NCBI GenBank assembly: GCA_951406725.2
Contig: OX597819.1
Coordinates: 49,910,001-49,974,000, forward strand
Direction: 5' to 3'
DNA: 64,000 bases
Source: Octopus vulgaris
Taxonomy: Eukaryota
In this document: positions 41,278-54,810 of the stretch, piece by piece
Position numbering within the stretch: the first letter of the stretch is position 1
How the letters are laid out: each line of letters starts with the position of its first letter
Position numbers and translations under genes: made by a program
The notes under the pieces: model-generated
The model's database searches: none
Seen by the model: only the letters and a program-made list of their open reading frames with translations
What the model was told of the DNA's origin: nothing

Positions 41278-41764
41278 ACGAATGACAGTAAGAATTAAAG
41301 AATGGAAAGAAGAAAACGCTGAAGAAACTAATGGTGGAAATGATGGGACAGTCGAAATAACTTGAAAGTGTCGAGTGGTTTCCTTTAATGGTTTTTTTTC
41401 TTCTCTTTGTCTGTCTACATAGTGGTGAGATCGAATCGTCACACAAGAGAATGGGTGACCTAAATGGTTGTTAAATGTTTGGTAAAGCAATAACGATGTT
41501 TTGGAGGAGAGAGAAGACTGCTTTAAAAACATCAATAACGAATCGGCTATATTATCTAGGATGACATGGGTTTTTCCACAAGTGTTCCCAATATGAAAGC
41601 TCAATTGACTATTTTAGATAATCGCATGAAATGAAAAAACAAAAAAACAAAAAAAATAGAAAGAAACAAGTAGAAAGAAAAGAAAAATAAAGTAAAAAAT
41701 AAAAACACACACACACATTTATAATGCATACATAAACAAATACACGTACATATACAGACATACA

Positions 41765-42158
<394 letters not shown>

Positions 42159-42525
42159 ATGGCTGAAAGGCAAAAAGATCGGCTATAATAATGGGGACAA
42201 CAGCAACAAAAACGAGAAGTGCAACGTTGACGACAATAATGTCGATGAGAACAACAGCATCGGCAACAACAGAAACGACTTCGCAATAACAACAGCAACA
42301 ATACCGTTAACAATAATAACTATGACACCACCAATAACAACAATAACAACAGCCACAACAATGAAAAGCGATCAGCTTGATGGGAAAAATGTTGAAAGAT
42401 TGATGTCAATGGTCTTCGTTGCTTATATAAGAGCTTGCAAGCTGACACATTTCGGCTTCTGGAAAAGTGGAATAGAGGGGACGAGTTAACGCATTCGATA
42501 CAGATGAAGAAACGTATGTGTACGT

Positions 42526-42557
<32 letters not shown>

Positions 42558-42897
42558 CTATGTATGTGTGCCTGCTAGTGAGTCCACGCGTGTGCTTCGC
42601 ATACGTACAGACATATGTATACGCCTATATATATATATATATATATACACACATTTATAAGTGTCTGTGTGCGCATAAACTTATATGTACATATGTATGT
42701 ATGTATATATATATATATATATGTGTATGTATGTATGAATATATACATATGTGTGTGTGTACATACTCTTATATATACGAGTGTATATATATCACTGACA
42801 TATATTTCTCTTCCTCTCTCTTTCTCTTCCTTTCCGGAATATGAATACATACACCCACAGACACCAAAACACAAATACGGACATATGCACACATGCA

Positions 42898-42984
<87 letters not shown>

Positions 42985-43267
42985 ACAGACACACACACAC
43001 ACACACGCACACACACGCACGCACATACGCACAGACACATGCACACCTACTCAAACAAACCAATATACAAACGCTGCTACAAACACAATATCACACAAAC
43101 GTACCTGGTAAGATTTTCCAATAGTCAGACATATTGGAAGCGTAAAATGTTTCTGTCCAAACCAATTAGAAGCATCTGTTGTATATCGAGACTAAATTGT
43201 TTATCACAGACCAACCATCAACGACTAATATCACTGCCCCAGTTAACACCACCGCTATTGCTGTTGC

Positions 43268-43298
<31 letters not shown>

Positions 43299-43514
43299 AC
43301 CACTGCCGCCACCACCACGACCATCATCATTGCTACCACCACAACTCCTACCGTATCAACAGCTATCACCACTGCCATCATCACCATCACTTTCACCATC
43401 ACCACCGCCACCACCACCACCACCACCACCACCACCACCACCACCACCACCACCACTACCACCACCACCAACAACAACAACAACAACAACAATAAGACGA
43501 GGGGCCCTCTAGTG

Positions 43515-43733
43515 CAGCAGTTCTCAATCGGGGTCCTTATGACCCTTGGGGGTTTATATAAGGTTTTGTTAAAATTTACATGTAATAAATAGAATATTTT
43601 AATTAATTTTTATACAATTCTATATAATATTTAATTACAAAAATACAATAGAACCTTTTAAACATCAATTGGCTATGGAGGGTCCACCTGATCAAAAGAG
43701 GAATCAAAGGTGAAAAATGGTTGTGAACCACTG
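43515..43733. mobile_element. hAT-like MITE
   Basis: TIR-like ends cagcagttctcaa / ttgtgaaccactg; related pieces near 2400-2433 and ~45050-45200. Confidence 0.55.
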
Positions 43734-44468
43734 CGGTAATGATTGCTTCATTTGCTATAATAAGCAGTCAAAATCTGTACCAAATCACACCGTACGGTTT
43801 TGAAAGCGACACGAAAGACACCTAAAATAAAGTGGTCCCATGTTACTTGAATGTAGAAAAAAAAAAAAAAGATGGAATGGTCACGGCTGGAATACCCTGG
43901 AAGAAAGTTCTGCTTTATGAGGACTTAACCTAGGGATAAATAAACCACAACAACTATCACAAACTACCACCACCACCACCACCACCACCAAAACCACCAC
44001 CACCACCACCACTACCACCACCGCTACCTTTGCATCTATCACCATTTTTTTGTTTTCAAACACATACTTCTCTCTCTTCAATAGCTGAATCGTAATGGAT
44101 TAATAGATAAAGCGTTTGGTGCGTAAATTGATGGGGTAATCCGCTATGTTGAGAGTTCGAGTTTTGATTTCGGAAGATGTATATTAAGTCGTCAAACAGG
44201 GACCTTAATTCTTAAGGGTTTTAGCCTTTAAGAGTTTAGCCAATAAGAACTTAGCCTATAAGAGTTTGCTTAGTCTATAAGGTTTTCATTATAGTAGATG
44301 GGAATTCAATATTTATCTTTACACCTGGATAGGACAGCAATCTATTGTTAGTTAACATTCCCATATAGTCCGCCAAAACTATTTCCGAAACTATTTTCAA
44401 AACCTAGTTGAACTTAGACCATGTAGAATAAAGTGCTTTATCTAGAAACACACACACACACGCACACA

Positions 44469-44557
<89 letters not shown>

Positions 44558-44609
44558 CATTTCAAAAGTTGGTTTACATATATTGTTTTATGTGAAGTTA
44601 AGTAGATTG

Positions 44610-44930
44610 AATGACATCGCTTATGGCACCAACAGACAAAGTTGAAAAGATGTTGCCCCGGAGGATAGGGAGTGAGATGCGCCGGAACAACCGCTCTGAC
44701 TCACGTGGTTCGCTCTTGCGGACAACAATCTTCGCCCCGATAGCGGTGAGCAGGGATATGGTTCGATGGTCAAGAGACGCCGGAGGTCTCACTCAACTGC
44801 ATCAGGTTCGACGATAAATCTTTCAGAGAGCGACCAATACCGTAACGGCGGAACCCGGGCAGGTAGCTGACATTACCAATTTGCTGCTGGAGACGGTGTC
44901 ACAGCATGTGCCATCCCAGATGGCCATGTG
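44610..44930 (-). mobile_element. CRE-clade-like non-LTR retrotransposon 3' fragment (restriction-like endonuclease C-terminus)
   Basis: Minus strand: AIWDGTCCDTVSSS...FIVEPDAVE.TSGV...LLTAIGAKI...EPRESERLFRRISLPILRGN (cf. WDxTCxDT, FxPxAVETxG, LFQRISxAxQRGN). Confidence 0.72.
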
Positions 44931-45224
44931 ACATTCTAGCATAATAGTGTTACATTGTGGGAGTATAATATCAGAAACAATGGAGTGTCACATTAGGGTG
45001 CTACCATGTTTAGTTAATTACGATCCTTTATGCTAGTAGCTTTTAACCAGTGTTCATTTGGCACTTAGGGTCCATATTAAGATTTTGTTGTTAAGGTTTA
45101 TGTGAAATAAATTTTTCATACTTCTACAATGCCAAAAATATTAATTTTTTTTATAATATTAATTTTTTTTTACAATTCTTAATAGTATCCAATTATAAAA
45201 ATACAGTACGATTACTTTTTTATA

Positions 45225-45388
45225 TAGGCGTAGGAATGCCTGTGTGGCAAGTATCTTGCTTACGAGCCACATGGTTCCGGGTTCAGTCCCACTGCGTGGC
45301 ACCTTGGGCAAGTATCTTCTACTATAGCCTCGGGCCTATCAAAGCCTTGTGAGTGGATTTGGTAGACGGAAACTGAAAGAAGCCCGTC

Positions 45389-45420
<32 letters not shown>

Positions 45421-45956
45421 GGAATATTGATGACGTCCCGTTCTGCTTGACTAAGCCACCTAAAGAAACGATTGGTCAAAACGTTGATGACGTCACGTTA
45501 CGCTGGACTCACCACCTAACAGGTGATATAAAACCCAAACAATTCACAAGGTTCGCCAGAACGATCCAGCGAACACCGAACAAAAAGTCATCACAGTTCC
45601 TCAAGGTAAAATCTAAAATGAATTCCTCACTCTTTCAGGAACACCAATTTTTTATATTGACTGCATATCACCACTTTGATCTATTTTTTATATTGAATGC
45701 ATATCACCACTATGAACCACTACATCATACTCTCTAAACATATAGCATGAACGAACTCACTTCACGATATATGAACTTTTGATGTCTGACTCTATTGTAT
45801 ATTATAAATGATTTTTTTTATATTTGATAGCATGAACTATCTTTTTTTTATATATAACTTTTTTTGATAAGGTTCTCAAGAACCGAAACATGTTATAATG
45901 TATATATAAAAATTAAAAATGTGTGTACTATAGCAGCATTTTCGAACTTCATTTTT

Positions 45957-46000
<44 letters not shown>

Positions 46001-46215
46001 TGTATGTGCGTGTATATGTTTGTGTGTCTGTGTTTGTCCCCCAATATCGCTTGACAACCGATGCTGGTGTGTTTATGTCCCCGTAACTTAGTGGTTCGGC
46101 AAAAGACACCGATAAAATAAGTACTAGGCTTACAAAGTCCTGGAGTCGATTTGCTCGACTAATGGCGGTGCTCCAGCATGGCCGCAGTCAAATGACTGAA
46201 ACAAGTAAAAGAAAA
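45225..46215 (+). mobile_element. SINE family A split by an HHR-bearing insertion (~45420-45960) in its (TA)n spacer
   Basis: 5' half at 45225-45390 and 3' half at ~46015-46215, with (TA)n on both sides of the insert. Confidence 0.8.
45860..45899 (+). ncRNA. Minimal HHR motif, UUGAUAA core variant
   Basis: TTGATAA GGTTC-TCAA-GAACC GAAA CATG TT ataat: perfect stem II, palindromic ACATGT stem III, weak stem I. Confidence 0.55.
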
Positions 46216-46638
46216 AAGAAAAAAAACCATTGTTTATGCTCTGGATTGGCTTTAAAACTTACAAACTTTGATTATGGTATTTAGTGTTCAGGGGTTGATA
46301 GCAATAAATCTTCTTGAAGCTCGAGAGTTTATTTAATACAGTAAATTCCTCACTTGTCAAATTTTAGCTCTGTAAAAATAAAACGTAAGTAAATAGGTAT
46401 TACCTCGAATTCTTGGACTCATAGGACCGGTTTCTATCTTTTCACTCCGAAAAGGGGACACTAGCACGTAGCAAGGTTGCCCATTTTTCGGCTGAATGTG
46501 CTTGAACAACATAAAATGAAGAGTTTTGCCTAAGAATACAATGCAACAAACCGGTCCGCGTGCCTTCACTTAGTAAAGCTGACCGTTCCAAATTACAAAT
46601 ACAGCCCATCTAACGGGCTTCCATGCAGTTTCCGTGTG

Positions 46639-47181
<543 letters not shown>

Positions 47182-48576
47182 ATGTATGCATGTATATTAT
47201 CAAATTTACATTTATATTTACATATTGTATATCTGTCGTTTATCAATGTTTATATGTATGTGTGTGTGTGTGTACGTATATACATACGTAAATGTGTGTG
47301 TGTCTGTGTATATCTGTCTGAGCGCGCGCGCGCGTACGTGTCTGTTTGTGTGTAACTTAGCTTAGCCTATATATGGACTCTTTCATTATTAATTAGTAAC
47401 CAGGTATGACTGATTCAACATAATGTGGTTTGAAGTTGAAGATTCGCCGTCATGCGTGTATAATATATATATATATATATACACATATATATACACATAT
47501 ATATATTTATATATGTATGTATGTGTGTGTGTACTTACATATATATATATGCCACACACACACACACACAGGCTCACACACACACAGGCTCACACACACA
47601 CAGGCTCACACACACACAGGCTCACACACACACACACACATATAAAGTGAAACACATACACACAGGTCAATAAATTTTTAGATAGGCGGCATTGTCGATT
47701 ATATCGACCTCACTACTTCGACTACTTCACTGGTACGATTTTATCGACCCCAGAACGATGAAAGGCGATGTCTAGCCTGAGATGTATGTATGTATGTATG
47801 TATGTATGTATGTATGTATGTATGTATGTATGTATGTATGTATGTATGTATGTATGTATGCATGTATGCATGTATGTATGTATGTATGTATGTTTGTATG
47901 TATGTATGTATGTATGTATGTATGTATGTATGTATGTATGTATGTATGTGTATGCGTGTGTATGTATGTATGTATGTATGTATGTATGTATGTATGCATG
48001 CATACATGTATGTATGTATGTATGTATGTATGTATGTATGTATGTATGTGTGTATGTACGTATGTATGCGTATGCATATATTCCACAAGGTCGAAAGGAT
48101 ACACACACATGGACACACCCACGCACACGAATACACAGACACACACACACACACTCGCAAGCACGCACACAGACACACACACATACACACACATACACAC
48201 ACACACACACAAACTGACTGTTTTTTTAAAAATAAATGCATTCAACTTCAAAAAGAAATCAACAATGAAAACAAATATAATTCTTTCTCATTTTAGACAC
48301 AAGGCCAGCAGTTTTTAGAGCAGGAGGCTAGTCGATTACATCAACCCCAGTACTTGACTGGTACCTTATTTTATCGATTCCCTAAAGATGAAAGGAAAAG
48401 TCGCCATTTCTGTGCACGCCTGTAACAATGCCCTTGCAATATGTCAGCAATGCTTGTGTAAAATTTTAGGCCGAACAAGGCTTGAACGACACCTCGTAGA
48501 CCCTCTCCAATCTTTTGACACAATCCTGAGACAAGCCGAGGCAAGATACCTAGTGCCATACAAAGATACATACGAC

Positions 48577-48941
48577 TAAAATACCCGTTGACATGCCGCT
48601 GGTATTTATAGATTGTTAAACACTTTCAGTATGCAAATTAGGGGCTGCTTCATAGAGTAACTGCTGCATTTGTTGAGTATACAAACAGTTTGGCTGCTTG
48701 TTTCCCTAAAATACCCATTGACATGCCGCTGGTATTTATAGATTGTTAAACACTTTCTGTATGCAAATTAGGGGCTGCTTCATAGAGTAACTGCTGCATT
48801 TGTTGAGTATACAAACAGTTTGGCTGCTTGTTTCCCTAAAATACCCGTTGACATGCCGCTGGTATTTATAGATTAGGGGCTGCTTCATAGAGTAACTGCT
48901 GCATTTGTTGAGTATACAAACAGTTTGGCTGCTTGTTTCCC
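48577..48941 (+). repeat. Tandem repeat, 130-bp unit x ~2.8
   Basis: Units start at 48577, 48707 and 48837; the third has a ~25-bp deletion. Confidence 0.93.
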
Positions 48942-48965
48942 TGGAGACTGTCAGAACCATGTAGA

Positions 48966-49009
48966 CGCCTCTGATGAGAGCCCAATAATGTTCGTAAATC
49001 GATTAGTGC
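48966..49009 (+). ncRNA. Degenerate HHR motif
   Basis: cgcct CTGATGA GAGC-ccaataat-GTTC GTAAA TCGA TT agtgc; GAAA is disrupted. Confidence 0.35.
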
Positions 49010-49078
49010 TGTTTATCATTTTGCCAGTCTGCGTAGAAATAGCTAAAATTTGCCCTGTTTATAATTATACCATACAGA

Positions 49079-49124
<46 letters not shown>

Positions 49125-49281
49125 AGCGAGGTCATTTAACCCTATTATCTCCCCTAATTTCGCTCTTGCGTCTCACGTTTGATCTTTGACTTCTGGCCGA
49201 AATGAGATCGCCATGTTGATTCGCTAGCTCTGCACGCATATTTTTTTTCTCTCCTTCTTTCTGTGTTTTTTTCTCTGTGTA

Positions 49282-49319
49282 TCTTTCTGTTGAAGAGCGT
49301 AGGCTCGAAATGTTAAAGA
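49282..49319 (+). ncRNA. Minimal HHR-like motif, CUGUUGA core variant
   Basis: TCTTT CTGTTGA A GAGC-GTAG-GCTC GAAA TG TT AAAGA, inside a ~320-bp repeat (49123-49447) flanked by (TA)n. Confidence 0.55.
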
Positions 49320-49443
49320 CTTGTTTTATTTATATTTCCTGAGCGCCATACTAATACAATTGTTTGTTTGTACTCCACCTGCCTTCGTCTTTTGTTTATT
49401 TCCGTAAACCTGCCTTCGTCTTTTGTCTATTTTCATAAAGCTT

Positions 49444-49482
<39 letters not shown>

Positions 49483-49627
49483 CGTGGCTGCGTTGTAAGA
49501 AGCTTGCTTCCGAACCAGATGGTTCCGGGTCAAGTCCCACTGCGTGGCACCTTGAGTAAGTGTCTTGTGGATTTGGTAGACGGAAACTGAAAGAAGCCCG
49601 TCATACACACACACACACACACACGCG

Positions 49628-49720
<93 letters not shown>

Positions 49721-49861
49721 TTGGGCCAGACAGGAGTCAAACTGGTTAACGCCGGGAGAATGTACAAATATTAGAAAACGGATTGAACGAGATTCGTTAT
49801 TTAAAATCTCTACAATTATTTCAGCTCCTCGTTGCACTCGTTGTACACTGGTGAGATGATA

Positions 49862-50770
49862 TCTATATATATAAAACTGTAGTTGTGTGAGTGTCTGTCC
49901 CCTTCGATTTAGATTCCTAACTACTCCCACATTTTGCGGTGCAGTTTAACCAAATTCGGGTATCTTATAGTCGTGATTCATATCGAGCCCGTCTGAGTAT
50001 TAGCGCGCGTCTACGATGAGTCTACGATTTTAAAAATAATTTAACATCATTTTTTATTCCATTTTAATGCATAATTTTTCGTGTGTCGATGGCGGCGGAG
50101 TTGGCGTCCATGGTCACACCTGCACCTGTTTGATTCTCCCCTTCTTCCCTCCCTCGTGAAGCTGTGGGGAAGGGAGTGTAAGGAAATCAACGTCGTAAAG
50201 CGTTGTCAAGGAGACCAGCGTTCTTTTAGAACAACGACTTCATGGCTTGAAGACACCAAAACAGAAATCGCTAAAAAAGCCCGAATTGGCATCTATAAGG
50301 GAAGTAACTCTCTAAAAATGCTTATATAGTTATTTCCCTTACAAACCCGAGCAACGCCGGGCGATACTGCTAGTCTTTATATATAAAAGTCAAGTTGTGT
50401 GTCTGTCTCCTACGATTTAGATTCCTAACTACTCCCACATTTTGCGGTGCAGTTGAACCAAAACCGGGTATCTTATAGTCGTGATTCATATCGATCCCTT
50501 CTGGGTATTAGCGCGCGTCTACGATGAGTCTACGATTTAAAAAAAAAATCTACCATCATTTTTTTCCATTTTAATGCATTTTATTCGCTATTATATAAGG
50601 GAAGTAACTCTCTAAAAATGTCTACGATGAGTCAACGATTTAAAAAAAAATTACCATAATTGTTTTTCCATTTTAATGCATTTTTTGCTATTCTTTAGCT
50701 ATAACTCTCTAAAAATGCTTATATAGTTATTTCCCTTACAAACCCGAGCAACGCCGGGCGAGACTGCTAG
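49862..50770 (+). mobile_element. Head-to-tail dimer of a non-autonomous Helitron (49862-50373 and 50374-50770)
   Basis: Each unit starts TC(t.tatatataaaa) and ends cccgagcaacgccggg...CTAG. The junction is CTAG|TC and the outer flanks are A|T. Confidence 0.88.
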
Positions 50771-50822
50771 TAATTAATATATTGTGTAATCACTATCATC
50801 CATCAATGGTGTAAAATGTGTT

Positions 50823-50915
50823 TCACCTGACGAAACACAACTGACACAATACGTTAATTGTATCATCTGACCAATATACTACAGGTATAACCATGTGTAG
50901 AAACAATTGTAGTGA
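50823..50915 (+). ncRNA. Type I HHR with long stem II insertion
   Basis: TCAC CTGACGA A ACACA-(54 nt)-TGTGT A GAAA CAATTG TA GTGA; palindromic stem III; distal stem I extension taaaa/tttta. Confidence 0.62.
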
Positions 50916-51009
50916 TTTTATATAAAGAATCTCATTCAATCAGTATTTTATTCATTTATCTCTCACTCCGTCCTGTGTGTGTGTGCGTGTGTGTGTATAT
51001 TGGTGTCAG

Positions 51010-51610
51010 CGTGGCTGTGTGATAAAAAGCTTGCTCCCTAATCCCATGGTTCTGGGTTCAGTCCCACTGCGTGGCACCTTGGGTAAATGTCTTCTACTAA
51101 AGCCTCGGGTTGACCAAAGCCTTGTGAGTGGATTCGTTCGAGGGAAACTGAAAGAAGCCTGTCGTATATATGTCTGTGTGTATGTATATGTATGTGTGAA
51201 TGTGTGTGTGTGTATGCACACACGTGTGTATGTCTGCATGTTTGTCTTTGTGTTTGTGTCTGACAACCGATGCTAGTGTGCTTACGTTCCCGTAACTTAG
51301 CGATTCAGCAAAAAAAAAAAACCCGATAGAATAATAAGTACCAGGCTTAAACATAAAAAAAGTACTGGGGTCGATTCATTCGATTAATAATTGTTCAAGG
51401 CTGTGCTCCAGCATGGCTGTAGTCTAATGATGGAAACAAGTAAAAGATAAAGGATAAAAGAATATCTATTTATATATTCTTTTCTTTTATTCTTTTACTT
51501 GTTTCAGTCATTTGACTGCGGCCATGTTGGAGCACCGCCTTTAGTTGAAACAAATCGACTTATTCTTTGTAAGCCTAGTACTTATTCTATCATTCTATTT
51601 TGCCGAACCG
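51010..51610. mobile_element. Family A SINE (+, 51010-51460) abutting the 3' part of a family A SINE (-, 51480-51610)
   Basis: Tail-to-tail copies. Confidence 0.82.
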
Positions 51611-51654
<44 letters not shown>

Positions 51655-51899
51655 AATAGGGCAAATAAGAAAATAGAGAGGATAAACAATCGACAAACAT
51701 CAATTATATGTATTTATTAATTGATTACAATCATATGTGTAAGAGATCAAAAGAAACGAATGCAAATAAATAAGTAAATAAATAAGTAAATATATAAATA
51801 AAAATATACGAATAAGGGTAAATGAGTGCACAAATACTAATCTCTTACAGCTATTAAATAGCAGTTACCCTCTAACTTCTGACCCTTAAGACATGGACC

Positions 51900-52985
51900 A
51901 AAGTTTCGGGCCTTGTGCCTAGAGTAGAAAAGAATAGTTTTCTGTTGGAAGGAGGCGAGCTGGCAGAAAAGTTAGCGCGCCGGGTGAAATGTTTAGCGGT
52001 ATTTTGTCTGTCTTTACGGTCCGAGTTTAAATTCCGCCGAGGTTGACTTTGCTTTTCATCCTCTCGTGGTCGATAAATTACGCACTGGGGTCGATGTAAT
52101 CGACTTAATCCGTTTGTCTGTCCTTGTTTGTCCTCTCTGTGTTTAGCCCCTTGTGGGTAGTAAAGAAATAGGTATTTTGTCTGTCTTTACGGTCCGAGTT
52201 TAAATTCCGCCGAGATGGACTTTGCTTTTCATCCTCTCGTGATCGATAAATTAAGTACCACTTTCGCCCTGGGGTCGATCTAATCGACTTAATCTATTTG
52301 TCTGTCCTTGTTTGTCCCCGCCATGTTTAGCCCCTTGTGGGCAATAAAGAAATAAGAAACGTTAGCGCGCCGGGTGAAATGTTTAGCGGTATTTTGTCTG
52401 TCTTTATGTTCTGAGTTTAAATTCCACCGAGGGTTGGTTTTGCCTTTCATTCTTTCGGGGTCGATAAATTAAGTACCAGTTGCGTACTAGGGTCGATCTA
52501 ATCGACTGGCTTACTCCCCCAAAATTTCGGGCCTTGTGCCTAGAGTAGAAAGAAAAAATGAATACCGCGTCGGAAAAAATGTTGAGCGGTATTCTTACGA
52601 CTTTTCGTTCTGAGTTCAAATATCGCCAGGGTCGACTTTGCCTTTCATCTTTTCAGGTTCGATCAAATAAGTACTAGTTTAACATTTGGATCGATGTAAG
52701 CGACTTAGCTCCTCCTTCGAAATTGCTGGCCTTGTGCCAAAGTTCCAAACCAACAATTTTCTGTTGGAAAGGCCGCAGTGAAGTGACAAAATCATTAGCA
52801 CGCGAAGCAAAATGCGTAGCGACATTTCGTCCGTTTCCACGTTCTGAGTTCATGCTCCACCGTGGTTGACTTTACCTTTCAACGCCTCGAGATCGATAAA
52901 ATAAGTACTAGTTGTGCACTGGGGTCATTTTAATCGACATAGCACCCCGCGAAATTATAGGCCTTGTTGCAAAATTTGAAATCGC
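51900..52985 (+). mobile_element. Cluster of ~5-6 tandem or nested family B SINE units
   Basis: Repeated gagtt(t/c)aaattcc...gcttttcatcct...gtcgataaa...gggtcgat modules at ~52020, 52195, 52410, 52610 and 52845. Confidence 0.85.
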
Positions 52986-53029
52986 CATTACAGTTGTTGA
53001 ATGATATAAAATATGAATAAGAAAATGTT

Positions 53030-53274
53030 ATTCTTTTATTCGTTCAGTAGTTTCAGGCATTTGACTGTGGCCATACTGAAGCACCGCCTTTAGTCGAACA
53101 AATCGCCCCACCCCACCCTCCAGGACTTGTTCTTTGCAAGCCTAGTACTTATTTTACCGGTCTCTTTTCCCGAAAGCTAAGTTTCGGAGACGTCAACACA
53201 CCAACATCGGTTGTCAAGCGATGGCAGGTGGTGGAATACAGATACACATATAAAGTTAGACATACATAATACAT

Positions 53275-53306
<32 letters not shown>

Positions 53307-53307
53307 G

Positions 53308-53354
<47 letters not shown>

Positions 53355-53428
53355 ATATATATAGTGGCTGTGTGGTAAGTAGCTTACTTACCAACCACAT
53401 AGTTCCGGGTTCATCCCCACTGCGTGGC

Positions 53429-53478
<50 letters not shown>

Positions 53479-53618
53479 CATATATATATGTGTGTGTGTT
53501 TTGTCACCCCGCCACATCGTTTGACAATCCCCTTGGGCAAGTGTCTTCTTACTATAGCCTCGGGCCGACCTAAGCCTTGTGAGTAGATTTGGTAGACGGA
53601 AACTGAAAGAAGCCCGTC

Positions 53619-53686
<68 letters not shown>

Positions 53687-53990
53687 TTATATATATGTGT
53701 GTATGTTTTGTCACCCCGCCACATCGTTTGACAATCGATGTTGGTGTGTTTACGATCCCGTAACTTAGCGCTTCGGCAAAAGACACCGATGGAATAATTA
53801 CTAGGATTACAAAGAAAAAGTCATGGGGTCGATTTGCTCGACTAAAGGCGATACTCCAGCATGGCCGCAGTCAAATGACTAAAACGAATAAAATAATATA
53901 TATATATACAACAGGTTTCTTTCAGTATCCGTCTACCAAATCTACTCACAAGGCTTTAGTAGAAGACATAAGGCTATAGAAGACATTTGT
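53030..53990. mobile_element. Three family A SINE pieces (-, +, -)
   Basis: 53030-53260 (-), 53363-53890 (+, with internal duplication), 53910-53990 (-). Confidence 0.8.
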
Positions 53991-54331
53991 CCAAATTTAT
54001 CTTCTACTTTTTTCAGCCATCAGATTGCGGCCATGCAGCCCTTGCTGTTTGTTTTCACTGTCCTGTTCGTGTTACCTATTTTGACCCTCCGCAAAATCCC
54101 AAATTCTATTTAACTTGCTTTGCGGTAGCAACTGTTTTATCGAAAGCGTGTATTGTTAAATGCTCGAAATACGAGACGAGAAAAACAGCCAACAACTGAT
54201 GAAGGTTCGTTCTTTATGTTGTTTGTTTTATTTTCCATTTGTGTCTTTCGTTGTTCGAAAGAATAGCTCGTGATCCATGTACTCGTGCTTCGTATTTTTT
54301 TGTTGAACAGGTTTCATGACATCCTGTGCCC

Positions 54332-54370
54332 AAAGCAATGATTAGTAATTTTACGAAACCGGTATGCTTT
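54332..54370 (+). ncRNA. Decayed minimal HHR motif
   Basis: AAAGCA ATGATTA GTAA-TT-TTAC GAAA CCGG TA TGCTTT: all three stems intact, core mutated at two positions. Confidence 0.5.
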
Positions 54371-54565
54371 TGAATCTCTTTAACAATTCACAATAGTGAC
54401 TTTTATTACTTTTATCCCTACCTCAGTTCATCTAATTGTATATATCTATCGTTATTTCTCATAAAAAAGCCTTTACTTTGTTTAATTTCCAATGTGCATT
54501 TTCGCTTATTTTTCTTCTTACACATTTCCACGTGTAGTCTCTGTTTTCTTTTTCTAACATATTTC

Positions 54566-54810
<245 letters not shown>

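Noticed and set aside
43179-43592. Mucin-like Thr/Ala-rich ORF (also 61523-62690)
   Set aside because: Trinucleotide repeat expansions with no splice or domain support.
46180-46212. SINE A tail AGTC-AAAT-GACT GAAA CAAG TA resembles the 3' half of a hammerhead
   Set aside because: There is no CUGAnGA or stem I upstream in any copy; it is better explained as the LINE-derived recognition hairpin.
48577-48941. CRISPR-like array
   Set aside because: The units are contiguous with no unique spacers, the context is eukaryotic, and no cas genes are present.
54197-54260. CTGATGA followed later by cGAAA
   Set aside because: No stem I/III partner found, so it is not counted as an HHR.
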